A stretch of DNA of 64,000 nucleotides, taken from positions 9,920,001 to 9,984,000 of the forward strand of contig OZ024757.1 in assembly GCA_964016885.1 (NCBI GenBank). The letters are read 5' to 3'. Position 1 is the stretch's first letter. The number at the start of each line of letters is the position of its first letter. The DNA is from Eledone cirrhosa. Taxonomy: Eukaryota. Positions 47,901 to 59,900 of this stretch are shown piece after piece. The position numbers were made by a program, and so were the translations under genes. A model generated the notes under the pieces. The model saw nothing but the letters and a program-made list of their open reading frames with translations. It was not told where the DNA came from and did not search any database.

Positions 47901-50900
47901 GTTGGGGGTAAGTTAATTAAGTCGGGGGTAATTTAAGTTGGGGGTAAGTTAAGCTGGGGTTAAGTTAAGTTGGGGTTAAGTTAAGTTGGGGTTAAGTTAA
48001 GTAGGGGTTAAGTTAAGTTGGGGTTAAGTTGGGGTTAAGTTAAGTTGGGGTTAAGTTAATTTGGGGTTAAGTTAAGTTGGGGTTAAGTTAAGTTGGGGTT
48101 AAGTTAAGTTGGGGATAAGTTAAGTTGGGGTTAATTTAAGTTGGGGTTAAGTTATGTTGGGGTTAAGTTAAGTTGGGGTTAAGTTAAGTTGGGGTTAAGT
48201 TAATTTAGGGGTAATTTAAGTTGGGGTTAGGTTAAGTTGGGGTTAAGGTAAGTTGGGGTTAAGTTAAGTTGGGGTTAAGTTAAGTTGGGGGTAAGTTAAG
48301 TTAGGGGTAAGTCAAGTTGGGGTTAAATCAAGTTGGGTTTAAGTTACGTTGGGGTTCAGTTAAGTTGGGGCTAAGTTAAGTTGGGGTTAAGTTGGGGTTA
48401 AGTTAAGTTGGGGTTAAGTTAAGTTGGGGTTAAGGTAAGTTGGGGTTAAGTTAAGTTGGGGTTAAGTTAAGTTGGGGGTAAGTTAAGTTAGGGGTAAGTC
48501 AAGTTGGGGTTAAATCAAGTTGGGTTTAAGTTAAGTTGGGGTTCAGTTAAGTTGGGGCTAAGTTAAGTTGGGGTTAAGTTGGGGTTAAGTAAAGTTGGGG
48601 TTAAGTTAAGTTGGGGTTAAGTTAAGTTGGGGGTAAGTTAAGTTAGGGGTAATTTAAGTTGGGGTTAAGTTAAGTTGGGGTTAAGTTAAGTTGGGGTTAA
48701 GGTAAGTTGGGGTTAAGTTAAGTTGGGGTTAAGTTAAGTTGGGTTTAAGTTAAGTTGGGTTTAAGTTAAGTTGGGATTAAATCAAGTTGGGGTTAAGTCA
48801 AGTTGGGGTTAAGTCAAGTTGGGGTTAATTCAAGTTGGGGTTAAGTCAAGTTGGGATTAAATCAAGTTGGGGTTAAGTCAAGTTGGGGTTAAGTTAAGTT
48901 GGGGTTAAGTTAAGTTGGGGTTAAGTTAAGTTGGGTTTAAGTTAAGTTGGGGTTAAGTTAAGTAGGGGTTAAGTTAAGTTGGGGTTAAGTTGGGGTTAAG
49001 TTAAGTTGGGGTTAAGTTAAGTTGGGTTAAGTTAAGTTGGGGTTAATTAAGTTGGGGGTAAGTTAAGTTAGGGGTAAGTTAAGTTGGGGTTAATTTAAGT
49101 TGGGGTTAAGTTAAGTTGGGGTTAAGTTAAGTTGGGGTTAAGTTAAGTTGGGGTTAATTTAAGTTGGGGTTAAGTTAAGTTGGGGTTAAGGTAAGTTGGG
49201 GTTAAGTTAAGTTGGGGTTAAGTTAAGTTGGGGTTACGTTAAGTTGGGGTTAAGTTAAGTTGGGGTTAAGTTAAGTTGGGATTAAGTCAAGTTGGTGTTA
49301 AGTCAAGTTGGGGTTAAGTCAAGTTGGGGTTAAGTCAAGTTGGGGTTAAGTCAAGTTTGGGTTAAGTTAAGTTGGGGTTAAGTTAAGTGGGGGTTAAGTT
49401 AACTTGGGGTTAAGTTAAGTTGGGGCTAATTTAAGTTGGTGTTAATTTAAGTTGGGGTTAAGTTAAGTTGGGGTTAAGTTAAGTTGGGGTTAAATTAAGC
49501 TGGGGTTAACTTAAGTAGGGGTTAAGTTAAGTTGGGTTAAGTTGGGATTAACTTAAGTTTGGGTTAAGTTAAGTTGGGGTTAAGTTAAGTTCGGATTGAG
49601 TCAAGTGTGGGGTTAAGTCAAGTTGGGGTTAAGTCAAGTTGGGTTTAAGTTAAGTTGGGGTTAAGTTAAGTTGGGGTTAAGTTAAGTTGGTGTTAAGTTA
49701 AGTTGGGGTTAAGTTAAGTTGGGGTTAAGTTAATATGGGGTTAAGTTAAGTTGGGGTTAAGTTAAGTTGGGGTTAAGTCAAGTTGGGGTTAAGTCAAGTT
49801 GGGGTTAAGTTAAGTTGGGGTTAAGTTAAGTTGGGGTTAAGTTAAGTTGGGGGTAAGTTAATTAAGTCGGGGGTAATTTAAGTTGGGGGTAAGTTAAGCT
49901 GGGGTTAAGTTAAATTGGGGTTAAGTTAAGTTGGGGTTAAGTTAAGTAGGGGTTAAGTTAAGTTGGGGTTAAGTTGGGGTTAAGTTAAGTTGGGGTTAAG
50001 TTAATTTGGGGTTAAGTTAAGTTGGGGTTAAGTTGGGGTTAAGTTAAGTTGGGGTTAAGTTAAGTTGGGGTTAAGTTAAGTTGGGGGTAAGTTAAGTTAG
50101 GGGTAATTTAAGTTGGGGTTAAGTTAAGTTGGGGTTAAGTTAAGTTGGGGTTAAGGTAAGTTGGGGTTAAGTTAAGTTGGGGTTAAGTTAAGTTGGGGTT
50201 AAGTTAAGTTGGGTTTAAGTTAAGTTGGGATTAAATCAAGTTGGGGTTAAGTCAAGTTGGGGTTAAGTCAAGTTGGGGTTAATTCAAGTTGGGGTTAAGT
50301 CAAGTTGGGATTAAGTCAAGTTGGGGTTAAGTCAAGTTGGGGTTAAGTTAAGTTGGGGTTAAGTTAAGTTGGGGTTAAGTTAAGTTGGGTTTAAGTTAAG
50401 TTGGGGTTAAGTTAAGTAGGGGTTAAGTTAAGTTGGGGTTAAGTTGGGGTTAAGTTAAGTTGGGGTTAAGTTAAGTTGGGTTAAGTTAAGTTGGGGTTAA
50501 TTAAGTTGGGGGTAAGTTAAGTTAGGGGTAAGTTAAGTTGGGGTTAATTTAAGTTGGGGTTAAGTTAAGTTGGGGTTAAGTTAAGTTGGGGTTAAGTTAA
50601 GTTGGGGTTAATTTAAGTTGGGGTTAAGTTAAGTTGGGGTTAAGGTAAGTTGGGGTTAAGTTAAGTTGGGGTTAAGTTAAGTTGGGGTTACGTTAAGTTG
50701 GGGTTAAGTTAAGTTGGGGTTAAGTTAAGTTGGGGTTAAGGTAAGTTGGGGTTAAGTTAAGTTGGGGTTAAGTTAAGTTGGGGTTACGTTAAGTTGGGGT
50801 TAAGTTAAGTTGGGGTTAAGTTAAGTTGGGATTAAGTCAAGTTGGTGTTAAGTCAAGTTGGGGTTAAGTCAAGTTGGGGTTAAGTCAAGTTGGGGTTAAG

Positions 50901-53900
50901 TCAAGTTTGGGTTAAGTTAAGTTGGGGTTAAGTTAAGTGGGGGTTAAGTTAACTTGGGGTTAAGTTAAGTTGGGGCTAATTTAAGTTGGTGTTAATTTAA
51001 GTTGGGGTTAAGTTAAGTTGGGGTTAAGTTAAGTTGGGGTTAAATTAAGCTGGGGTTAACTTAAGTAGGGGTTAAGTTAAGTTGGGTTAAGTTGGGATTA
51101 ACTTAAATTTGGGTTAAGTTAAGTTGGGGTTAAGTTAAGTTCGGATTGAGTCAAGTGTGGGGTCAAGTCAAGTTGGGGTTAAGTCAAGTTGGGTTTAAGT
51201 TAAGTTGGGGTTAAGTTAAGTTGGGGTTAAGTTAAGTTGGTGTTAAGTTAAGTTGGGGTTAAGTTAAGTTGGGGTTAAGTTAATATGGGGTTAAGTTAAG
51301 TTGGGGTTAAGTTAAGTTGGGGTTAAGTCAAGTTGGGGTTAAGTCAAGTTGGGGTTAAGTTAAGTTGGGGTTAAGTTAAGTTGGGGTTAAGTTAAGTTGG
51401 GGGTAAGTTAATTAAGTCGGGGGTAATTTAAGTTGGGGGTAAGTTAAGCTGGGGTTAAGTTAAATTGGGGTTAAGTTAAGTTGGGGTTAAGTTAAGTAGG
51501 GGTTAAGTTAAGTTGGGGTTAAGTTGGGGTTAAGTTAAGTTGGGGTTAAGTTAATTTGGGGTTAAGTTAAGTTGGGGTTAAGTTGGGGTTAAGTTAAGTT
51601 GGGGTTAAGTTGGGGTTAAGTTAAGTTGGGGTTAAGTTAAGTTGGGGTTAAGTTAAGTTGGGGGTAAGTTAAGTTAGGGGTAATTTAAGTTGGGGTTAAG
51701 TTAAGTTGGGGTTAAGTTAAGTTGGGGTTAAGGTAAGTTGGGGTTAAGTTAAGTTGGGGTTAAGTTAAGTTGGGGTTAAGTTAAGTTGGGTTTAAGTTAA
51801 GTTGGGATTAAATCAAGTTGGGGTTAAGTCAAGTTGGGGTTAAGTCAAGTTGGGGTTAATTCAAGTTGGGGTTAAGTCAAGTTGGGATTAAGTCAAGTTG
51901 GGGTTAAGTCAAGTTGGGGTTAAGTTAAGTTGGGGTTAAGTTAAGTTGGGGTTAAGTTAAGTTGGGTTTAAGTTAAGTTGGGGTTAAGTTAAGTAGGGGT
52001 TAAGTTAAGTTGGGGTTAAGTTGGGGTTAAGTTAAGTTGGGGTTAAGTTGGGTTAAGTTAAGTTGGGGTTAATTAAGTTGGGGGTAAGTTAAGTTAGGGG
52101 TAAGTTAAGTTGGGGTTAATTTAAGTTGGGGTTAAGTTAAGTTGGGGTTAAGTTAAGTTGGGGTTAAGTTAAGTTGGGGTTAATTTAAGTTGGGGTTAAG
52201 TTAAGTTGGGGTTAAGGTAAGTTGGGGTTAAGTTAAGTTGGGGTTAAGTTAAGTTGGGGTTACGTTAAGTTGGGGTTAAGTTAAGTTGGGGTTAAGTTAA
52301 GTTGGGATTAAGTCAAGTTGGTGTTAAGTCAAGTTGGGGTTAAGTCAAGTTGGGGTTAAGTCAAGTTGGGGTTAAGTCAAGTTTGGGTTAAGTTAAGTTG
52401 GGGTTAAGTTAAGCGGGGGTTATGTTAACTTGGGGTTAAGTTAAGTTGGGGCTAATTTAAGTTGGTGTTAATTTAAGTTGGGGTTAAGTTAAGTTGGGGT
52501 TAAGTTAAGTTGGGGTTAAATTAAGCTGGGGTTAACTTAAGTAGGGGTTAAGTTAAGTTGGGTTAAGTTGGGATTAACTTAAGTTTGGGTTAAGTTAAGT
52601 TGGGGTTAAGTTAAGTTCGGATTGAGTCAAGTGTGGGGTTAAGTCAAGTTGGGGTTAAGTGAAGTTGGGTTTAAGTTAAGTTGGGGTTAAGTTAAGTTGG
52701 GGTTAAGTTAAGTTGGTGTTAAGTTAAGTTGGGGTTAAGTTAAGTTGGGGTTAAGTTAATATGGGGTTAAGTTAAGTTGGGGTTAAGTTAAGTTGGGGTT
52801 AAGTCAAGTTGGGGTTAAGTCAAGTTGGGGTTAAGTTAAGTTGGGGTTAAGTTAAGTTGGGGTTAAGTTAAGTTGGGGGTAAGTTAATTAAGTCGGGGGT
52901 AATTTAAGTTGGGGGTACGTTAAGCTGGGGTTAAGTTAAATTGGGGTTAAGTTAAGTTGGGGTTAAGTTAAGTAGGGGCTAAGTTAAGTTGGGGTTAATT
53001 TGGGGTTAAGTTAAGTTGGGGTTAAGTTAATTTGGGGTTAAGTTAAGTTGGGGTTAATTTAAGTTGGGGTTAAGTTAAGTTGGGGGTAAGTTAAGTTAGG
53101 GGTAAGTTAAGTTGGGGTTAAGTTAAGTTGGGGTTAAGTTAAGTTGGGGATAAGTTAAGTTGGGGTTAATTTAAGTTGGGGTTAAGTTAAGTTGGGGTTA
53201 AGGTAAGTTGGGGTTAAGTTAAGTTGGGGTTAAGTTAAGTTGGGGTTACGTTAAGTTGGGGTTAAGTTAAGTTGGGGTTAAGTTAAGTTGGGATTAAGTC
53301 AAGTTGGGGTTAAGTCAAGTTGGGGTTAAGTCAAGTTGGGATTAAGTCAAGTTGGGGTTAAGTCAAGTTGGGGTTAAGTTAAGTTGGGGTTAATTTAAGT
53401 TGGGGTTGAGTTAAGTTGGGGTTAAATTAAGTTGGGGGTAAGTTAATTAAGTCGGGGGTAATTTAAGTTGGGGGTAAGTTAAGCTGGGGTTAAGTTAAGT
53501 TGGGGTTAAGTTAAGTTGGGGTTAAGTTAAGTAGGGGTTAAGTTAAGTTGGGGTTAAGTTGGGGTTAAGTTAAGTTGGGGTTAAGTTAATTTGGGGTTAA
53601 GTTAAGTTGGGGTTAAGTTAAGTTGGGGTTAAGTTAAGTTGGGGATAAGTTAAGTTGGGGTTAATTTAAGTTGGGGTTAAGTTATGTTGGGGTTAAGGTA
53701 AGTTGGGGTTAAGTTAAGTTGGGGTTAAGTTAATTTAGGGGTAATTTAAGTTGGGGTTAGGTTAAGTTGGGGTTAAGGTAAGTTGGGGTTAAGTTAAGTT
53801 GGGGTTAAGTTAAGTTGGGGGTAAGTTAAGTTAGGGGTAAGTCAAGTTGGGGTTAAATCAAGTTGGGTTTAAGTTAAGTTGGGGTTCAGTTAAGTTGGGG

Positions 53901-56900
53901 CTAAGTTAAGTTGGGGTTAAGTTGGGGTTAAGTTAAGTTGGGGTTAAGTTAAGTTGGGGTTAAGGTAAGTTGGGGTTAAGTTAAGTTGGGGTTAAGTTAA
54001 GTTGGGGGTAAGTTAAGTTAGGGGTAAGTCAAGTTGGGGTTAAATCAAGTTGGGTTTAAGTTAAGTTGGGGTTCAGTTAAGTTGGGGCTAAGTTAAGTTG
54101 GGGTTAAGTTGGGGTTAAGTAAAGTTGGGGTTAAGTTAAGTTGGGGTTAAGTTAAGTTGGGGGTAAGTTAAGTTAGGGGTAATTTAAGTTGGGGTTAAGT
54201 TAAGTTGGGGTTAAGTTAAGTTGGGGTTAAGGTAAGTTGGGGTTAAGTTAAGTTGGGGTTAAGTTAAGTTGGGGTTAAGTTAAGTTGGGTTTAAGTTAAG
54301 TTGGGATTAAATCAAGTTGGGGTTAAGTCAAGTTGGGGTTAAGTCAAGTTGGGGTTAATTCAAGTTGGGGTTAACTCAAGTTGGGATTAAATCAAGTTGG
54401 GGTTAAGTCAAGTTGGGGTTAAGTTAAGTTGGGGTTAAGTTAAGTTGGGGTTAAGTTAAGTTGGGTTTAAGTTAAGTTGGGGTTAAGTTAAGTAGGGGTT
54501 AAGTTAAGTTGGGGTTAAGTTGGGGTTAAGTTAAGTTGGGGTTAAGTTAAGTTGGGTTAAGTTAAGTTGGGGTTAATTAAGTTGGGGGTAAGTTAAGTTA
54601 GGGGTAAGTTAAGTTGGGGTTAATTTAAGTTGGGGTTAAGTTAAGTTGGGGTTAAGTTAAGTTGGGGTTAAGTTAAGTTGGGGTTAATTTAAGTTGGGGT
54701 TAAGTTAAGTTGGGGTTAAGGTAAGTTGGGGTTAAGTTAAGTTGGGGTTAAGTTAAGTTGGGGTTACGTTAAGTTGGGGTTAAGTTAAGTTGGGGTTAAG
54801 TTAAGTTGGGATTAAGTCAAGTTGGTGTTAAGTCAAGTTGGGGTTAAGTCAAGTTGGGGTTAAGTCAAGTTGGGGTTAAGTCAAGTTTGGGTTAAGTTAA
54901 GTTGGGGTTAAGTTAAGTGGGGGTTAAGTTAACTTGGGGTTAAGTTAAGTTGGGGCTAATTTAAGTTGGTGTTAATTTAAGTTGGGGTTAAGTTAAGTTG
55001 GGGTTAAGTTAAGTTGGGGTTAAATTAAGCTGGGGTTAACTTAAGTAGGGGTTAAGTTAAGTTGGGTTAAGTTGGGATTAACTTAAGTTTGGGTTAAGTT
55101 AAGTTGGGGTTAAGTTAAGTTCGGATTGAGTCAAGTGTGGGGTTAAGTCAAGTTGGGGTTAAGTCAAGTTGGGTTTAAGTTAAGTTGGGGTTAAGTTAAG
55201 TTGGGGTTAAGTTAAGTTGGTGTTAAGTTAAGTTGGGGTTAAGTTAAGTTGGGGTTAAGTTAATATGGGGTTAAGTTAAGTTGGGGTTAAGTTAAGTTGG
55301 GGTTAAGTCAAGTTGGGGTTAAGTCAAGTTGGGGTTAAGTTAAGTTGGGGTTAAGTTAAGTTGGGGTTAAGTTAAGTTGGGGGTAAGTTAATTAAGTCGG
55401 GGGTAATTTAAGTTGGGGGTAAGTTAAGCTGGGGTTAAGTTAAATTGGGGTTAAGTTAAGTTGGGGTTAAGTTAAGTAGGGGTTAAGTTAAGTTGGGGTT
55501 AAGTTGGGGTTAAGTTAAGTTGGGGTTAAGTTAATTTGGGGTTAAGTTAAGTTGGGGTTAAGTTGGGGTTAAGTTAAGTTGGGGTTAAGTTAAGTTGGGG
55601 TTAAGTTAAGTTGGGGGTAAGTTAAGTTAGGGGTAATTTAAGTTGGGGTTAAGTTAAGTTGGGGTTAAGTTAAGTTGGGGTTAAGGTAAGTTGGGGTTAA
55701 GTTAAGTTGGGGTTAAGTTAAGTTGGGGTTAAGTTAAGTTGGGTTTAAGTTAAGTTGGGATTAAATCAAGTTGGGGTTAAGTCAAGTTGGGGTTAAGTCA
55801 AGTTGGGGTTAATTCAAGTTGGGGTTAAGTCAAGTTGGGATTAAGTCAAGTTGGGGTTAAGTCAAGTTGGGGTTAAGTTAAGTTGGGGTTAAGTTAAGTT
55901 GGGGTTAAGTTAAGTTGGGTTTAAGTTAAGTTGGGGTTAAGTTAAGTAGGGGTTAAGTTAAGTTGGGGTTAAGTTGGGGTTAAGTTAAGTTGGGGTTAAG
56001 TTAAGTTGGGTTAAGTTAAGTTGGGGTTAATTAAGTTGGGGGTAAGTTAAGTTAGGGGTAAGTTAAGTTGGGGTTAATTTAAGTTGGGGTTAAGTTAAGT
56101 TGGGGTTAAGTTAAGTTGGGGTTAAGTTAAGTTGGGGTTAATTTAAGTTGGGGTTAAGTTAAGTTGGGGTTAAGGTAAGTTGGGGTTAAGTTAAGTTGGG
56201 GTTAAGTTAAGTTGGGGTTACGTTAAGTTGGGGTTAAGTTAAGTTGGGGTTAAGTTAAGTTGGGGTTAAGGTAAGTTGGGGTTAAGTTAAGTTGGGGTTA
56301 AGTTAAGTTGGGGTTACGTTAAGTTGGGGTTAAGTTAAGTTGGGGTTAAGTTAAGTTGGGATTAAGTCAAGTTGGTGTTAAGTCAAGTTGGGGTTAAGTC
56401 AAGTTGGGGTTAAGTCAAGTTGGGGTTAAGTCAAGTTTGGGTTAAGTTAAGTTGGGGTTAAGTTAAGTGGGGGTTAAGTTAACTTGGGGTTAAGTTAAGT
56501 TGGGGCTAATTTAAGTTGGTGTTAATTTAAGTTGGGGTTAAGTTAAGTTGGGGTTAAGTTAAGTTGGGGTTAAATTAAGCTGGGGTTAACTTAAGTAGGG
56601 GTTAAGTTAAGTTGGGTTAAGTTGGGATTAACTTAAATTTGGGTTAAGTTAAGTTGGGGTTAAGTTAAGTTCGGATTGAGTCAAGTGTGGGGTCAAGTCA
56701 AGTTGGGGTTAAGTCAAGTTGGGTTTAAGTTAAGTTGGGGTTAAGTTAAGTTGGGGTTAAGTTAAGTTGGTGTTAAGTTAAGTTGGGGTTAAGTTAAGTT
56801 GGGGTTAAGTTAATATGGGGTTAAGTTAAGTTGGGGTTAAGTTAAGTTGGGGTTAAGTCAAGTTGGGGTTAAGTCAAGTTGGGGTTAAGTTAAGTTGGGG

Positions 56901-59900
56901 TTAAGTTAAGTTGGGGTTAAGTTAAGTTGGGGGTAAGTTAATTAAGTCGGGGGTAATTTAAGTTGGGGGTAAGTTAAGCTGGGGTTAAGTTAAATTGGGG
57001 TTAAGTTAAGTTGGGGTTAAGTTAAGTAGGGGTTAAGTTAAGTTGGGGTTAAGTTGGGGTTAAGTTAAGTTGGGGTTAAGTTAATTTGGGGTTAAGTTAA
57101 GTTGGGGTTAAGTTGGGGTTAAGTTAAGTTGGGGTTAAGTTGGGGTTAAGTTAAGTTGGGGTTAAGTTAAGTTGGGGTTAAGTTAAGTTGGGGGTAAGTT
57201 AAGTTAGGGGTAATTTAAGTTGGGGTTAAGTTAAGTTGGGGTTAAGTTAAGTTGGGGTTAAGGTAAGTTGGGGTTAAGTTAAGTTGGGGTTAAGTTAAGT
57301 TGGGGTTAAGTTAAGTTGGGTTTAAGTTAAGTTGGGATTAAATCAAGTTGGGGTTAAGTCAAGTTGGGGTTAAGTCAAGTTGGGGTTAATTCAAGTTGGG
57401 GTTAAGTCAAGTTGGGATTAAGTCAAGTTGGGGTTAAGTCAAGTTGGGGTTAAGTTAAGTTGGGGTTAAGTTAAGTTGGGGTTAAGTTAAGTTGGGTTTA
57501 AGTTAAGTTGGGGTTAAGTTAAGTAGGGGTTAAGTTAAGTTGGGGTTAAGTTGGGGTTAAGTTAAGTTGGGGTTAAGTTGGGTTAAGTTAAGTTGGGGTT
57601 AATTAAGTTGGGGGTAAGTTAAGTTAGGGGTAAGTTAAGTTGGGGTTAATTTAAGTTGGGGTTAAGTTAAGTTGGGGTTAAGTTAAGTTGGGGTTAAGTT
57701 AAGTTGGGGTTAATTTAAGTTGGGGTTAAGTTAAGTTGGGGTTAAGGTAAGTTGGGGTTAAGTTAAGTTGGGGTTAAGTTAAGTTGGGGTTACGTTAAGT
57801 TGGGGTTAAGTTAAGTTGGGGTTAAGTTAAGTTGGGATTAAGTCAAGTTGGTGTTAAGTCAAGTTGGGGTTAAGTCAAGTTGGGGTTAAGTCAAGTTGGG
57901 GTTAAGTCAAGTTTGGGTTAAGTTAAGTTGGGGTTAAGTTAAGCGGGGGTTATGTTAACTTGGGGTTAAGTTAAGTTGGGGCTAATTTAAGTTGGTGTTA
58001 ATTTAAGTTGGGGTTAAGTTAAGTTGGGGTTAAGTTAAGTTGGGGTTAAATTAAGCTGGGGTTAACTTAAGTAGGGGTTAAGTTAAGTTGGGTTAAGTTG
58101 GGATTAACTTAAGTTTGGGTTAAGTTAAGTTGGGGTTAAGTTAAGTTCGGATTGAGTCAAGTGTGGGGTTAAGTCAAGTTGGGGTTAAGTGAAGTTGGGT
58201 TTAAGTTAAGTTGGGGTTAAGTTAAGTTGGGGTTAAGTTAAGTTGGTGTTAAGTTAAGTTGGGGTTAAGTTAAGTTGGGGTTAAGTTAATATGGGGGTAA
58301 GTTAAGTTGGGGTTAAGTTAAGTTGGGGTTAAGTCAAGTTGGGGTTAAGTCAAGTTGGGGTTAAGTTAAGTTGGGGTTAAGTTAAGTTGGGGTTAAGTTA
58401 AGTTGGGGGTAAGTTAATTAAGTCGGGGGTAATTTAAGTTGGGGGTACGTTAAGCTGGGGTTAAGTTAAATTGGGGTTAAGTTAAGTTGGGGTTAAGTTA
58501 AGTAGGGGTTAAGTTAAGTTGGGGTTAATTTGGGGTTAAGTTAAGTTGGGGTTAAGTTAATTTGGGGTTAAGTTAAGTTGGGGTTAATTTAAGTTGGGGT
58601 TAAGTTAAGTTGGGGGTAAGTTAAGTTAGGGGTAAGTTAAGTTGGGGTTAAGTTAAGTTGGGGTTAAGTTAAGTTGGGGATAAGTTAAGTTGGGGTTAAT
58701 TTAAGTTGGGGTTAAGTTAAGTTGGGGTTAAGGTAAGTTGGGGTTAAGTTAAGTTGGGGTTAAGTTAAGTTGGGGTTACGTTAAGTTGGGGTTAAGTTAA
58801 GTTGGGGTTAAGTTAAGTTGGGATTAAGTCAAGTTGGGGTTAAGTCAAGTTGGGGTTAAGTCAAGTTGGGATTAAGTCAAGTTGGGGTTAAGTCAAGTTG
58901 GGGTTAAGTTAAGTTGGGGTTAATTTAAGTTGGGGTTGAGTTAAGTTGGGGTTAAATTAAGTTGGGGGTAAGTTAATTAAGTCGGGGGTAATTTAAGTTG
59001 GGGGTAAGTTAAGCTGGGGTTAAGTTAAGTTGGGGTTAAGTTAAGTTGGGGTTAAGTTAAGTAGGGGTTAAGTTAAGTTGGGGTTAAGTTGGGGTTAAGT
59101 TAAGTTGGGGTTAAGTTAATTTGGGGTTAAGTTAAGTTGGGGTTAAGTTAAGTTGGGGTTAAGTTAAGTTGGGGATAAGTTAAGTTGGGGTTAATTTAAG
59201 TTGGGGTTAAGTTATGTTGGGGTTAAGGTAAGTTGGGGTTAAGTTAAGTTGGGGTTAAGTTAATTTAGGGGTAATTTAAGTTGGGGTTAGGTTAAGTTGG
59301 GGTTAAGGTAAGTTGGGGTTAAGTTAAGTTGGGGTTAAGTTAAGTTGGGGGTAAGTTAAGTTAGGGGTAAGTCAAGTTGGGGTTAAATCAAGTTGGGTTT
59401 AAGTTAAGTTGGGGTTCAGTTAAGTTGGGGCTAAGTTAAGTTGGGGTTAAGTTGGGGTTAAGTTAAGTTGGGGTTAAGTTAAGTTGGGGTTAAGGTAAGT
59501 TGGGGTTAAGTTAAGTTGGGGTTAAGTTAAGTTGGGGGTAAGTTAAGTTAGGGGTAAGTCAAGTTGGGGTTAAATCAAGTTGGGTTTAAGTTAAGTTGGG
59601 GTTCAGTTAAGTTGGGGCTAAGTTAAGTTGGGGTTAAGTTGGGGTTAAGTAAAGTTGGGGTTAAGTTAAGTTGGGGTTAAGTTAAGTTGGGGGTAAGTTA
59701 AGTTAGGGGTAATTTAAGTTGGGGTTAAGTTAAGTTGGGGTTAAGTTAAGTTGGGGTTAAGGTAAGTTGGGGTTAAGTTAAGTTGGGGTTAAGTTAAGTT
59801 GGGGTTAAGTTAAGTTGGGTTTAAGTTAAGTTGGGATTAAATCAAGTTGGGGTTAAGTCAAGTTGGGGTTAAGTCAAGTTGGGGTTAATTCAAGTTGGGG

